Assembly: GCA_038496445.1 (NCBI GenBank)
Contig: JALMLS010000556.1
Span: 193,488-257,487 of the forward strand
Source of the DNA: Trichosphaerium sp. ATCC 40318
Lineage: Eukaryota; Protista; Tubulinea
Direction of reading: 5' to 3'
DNA length: 64,000 bases
The position numbers were made by a program, and so were the translations under genes. Shown in pieces: positions 61,815 to 64,000 of this stretch (its first letter is position 1; each line of letters opens with the position of its first letter). Below the pieces are notes generated by a model. The model had not been told where the DNA came from, searched no databases, and saw only the letters and a list, made by a program, of their open reading frames with translations.

Positions 61815-64000
61815 TATGACTTTGGTAGCCTGTTGTCCTCTTAACTTCTTTTCTCTTTCTTTACTCCCGTATCACAACAACAAATTGCCACATTCACAGA
61901 AATCGTCACCAGCCTACAATACATTGAGACCAAACTAGCTCAACTTGAAAGTACAAGCAAGTAGATCCATGTAAGCCAATATTCTCTCACCAATAAACAA
62001 TCAGTTAGGTTAACTTACTATACTCTTGTTTACACCTCAATATAAACTTGTCGTGGCCACACAAGGGCAAAACATACACTAGAAAAACAAGGCTCACCAC
62101 AGGCTAGATGATTTTACTGTGTCGAATCAAAAAGGAATAGTGAAACACGTGATTGCTACAGTTTAACATTGACATCTGATTATTGAGCGCATCACTTGCG
62201 AATTTGTTCACAAATGAACTAGGAAGAAGACTTTCGTAAATCTTGAAGTAGCAAACCTCACGATTACACTCCGCCTAGTGATGTCTTCCTCACTTTGAAA
62301 GCACTCATTGCAACTACGGTATGTACGTCTGTCTTAGAATGAGGCGTTTTAAGCAATGCAGACAAAAGTATGTAGAAGTAGCACATTGTGAAAATGCTTC
62401 TAAACTCAGTGCTATTGATATTGTAGAAAGGCGTATAGAACGTAATAAGGGCTTTATTAACATGTAGCATGTTGCTAGATGATAGCAACCACAAAACAAA
62501 ATTGATCATTCTCCGCAAGTTTTTCAACTTTCACGTGGTTGTTGATTCTGTCAACGAACGCGTGCTTGCAGTGCTCAATGCCTGGGCCTACGATTTCGGT
62601 AGAAGCAGCATTACCGAACTTAAGCGTTTCGAACAAGCAGAAAAAAATTGCAAAACGTTCGAACGAAAAGGTTTTTCAACTATTTAACCTTTATAACCAA
62701 AAAATAGCGAATACCTTGCAGTGCTAATGCCTTTCTTCAAGCGATCGATTATCCTGGTTTTTGTACCAGGGACTGAGTATTGTACGCGTGTAAACATAAC
62801 ACCTGACAGTGAAACAAGCTAATGCCCGAATGAAGTAATACTGCAGTTGGTTTCGGGTACGTGACCAGTTGCATGCGTAAAGTTGCATGCGTAAAGCAAC
62901 TTGCGACTTGCAACAAAACGCCTTTGAGCTTTTGTGCTCAATTAACACCGTAGCAACCCTCAGCACGCGTGTGTGACTATTAGGCGCAAAAAAAACCAAC
63001 TAGTTCTGCAATACCACTCAACGCAACGCCAGCACTGTATATGCGTGCACCGTGAGCGTTGTAGCCTCAAAACAAAATAGGACATAATAACAAGTGGTTT
63101 TGAGCAAGAGCCTCAAAAGAAGGATCACTAGGTGCTGTAAAGTAATGAGCGCTGTGCTACTGACAAAGATGAGAAGTTGCACAAGAAATTTAATTAAGGT
63201 TCCTTATGTTGTTTGGAACGCCGGGTAAAGTATTGAGTACGGGCGATGGAGAAAAGACTAAAAACCACAACGGAGCTGCACGAGGTAACAGTAAACCCTT
63301 ATCACCTACGAATGGGATACCTCTACAATAAAAGCCAAACAGAGTTCAAGCTAATACTCCTGTGTTGTTGCAGCTTTAGGTCTTCCTCCACAAGAAGCAA
63401 AGTCACGACTTTTCTTTAACGGTAGTTTTTTTTGGTTTCGACCTTGGTTAAGTTCATTGTTATCTGCAGTTATGTACACGTTGCATTAGTGGTATCATCA
63501 TAGTATTATCATAATACGTATTGTGTGCCGTTTAAACTTGGACAAACAAGGTACAGAGATCAAAAGCTTTAGTGTTTACTCGACTGTGACGTAATTGTAT
63601 AGTCCGAATTGTTATCCCTTGCTCTTTGTTGCAAAAAGAAAATAATGCTATAGTAGCATCACCTACGCACGGCGATGCCAAAAATAAAGTTTTTGTACTG
63701 TTTTTTTGAGCAAGCGATCTTTGGTAGATTATACTTTTTGCCGATTACGCTTGAGTTAGCATTTGGAGTGACAACAGTCTTGTGCTTCCAAACTTCCGAG
63801 ATTTGTACAAAATGCTTACAAGTGTTCCTTGCTTTATCAGTCAGTGAGCTTGATACCAAGGTTAAGGTGCGTCTTTGAATCGTAATGATCCAGGCTGTAG
63901 ACTAATACAGGTTTACCTTTCTTTCTTTTTAAGTGATGGTTCCAACCACAGTTTACAATAGTTCCTGCGCAAACGTAAGGACGTCAGATAATGTCACATG

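Larger units (their letters stand above)
58439..64000 (-). repeat. Right arm of large inverted duplication, runs off the window
   Basis: acaggatggattttacagccaagtagaaac at 58439 matches the reverse complement of about 56684-56716; colinear to 64000. Confidence 0.95.

Noticed and set aside
51006-64000. Arms as TIRs of a Polinton/Maverick, virophage or autonomous transposon
   Set aside because: The spacer is only 1.7 kb and has no polymerase, integrase, capsid or transposase sequence

Overview
AT-rich, gene-dense eukaryotic nuclear DNA from a protist, probably an amoeba (inference). Most genes are split by short (about 40-60 nt) GT-AG introns, so the ORF track shows only exon fragments; the gene models here were rebuilt by eye and internal splice sites are approximate. 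Core genes: mitochondrial carrier, SDR, class C (GABA-B-like) GPCR, CDK5-like kinase, NDUFB4-like subunit, 4xRGS protein, WD40 protein, aldo-keto reductase, berberine-bridge-type FAD oxidase. The accessory content is more notable. (1) A protein with about four ~70-aa Trp-rich repeats fused to a C-terminal PD-(D/E)xK nuclease. (2) Six F-box genes or fragments, including intronless F-box/LRR genes whose 21-aa repeats vary mainly at one dipeptide. (3) A mosaic family of small secreted Cys-containing proteins (3 intact-looking copies, 1 deleted copy, 2 fragments) with near-identical blocks alternating with highly variable ones. (4) A large inverted duplication from 51006 to the window end (arms of at least 5.5 kb, 1.7 kb spacer) holding gene fragments, a MITE with an 8-bp TSD and a second nested hairpin. 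No rRNA, tRNA or CRISPR array was recognised.
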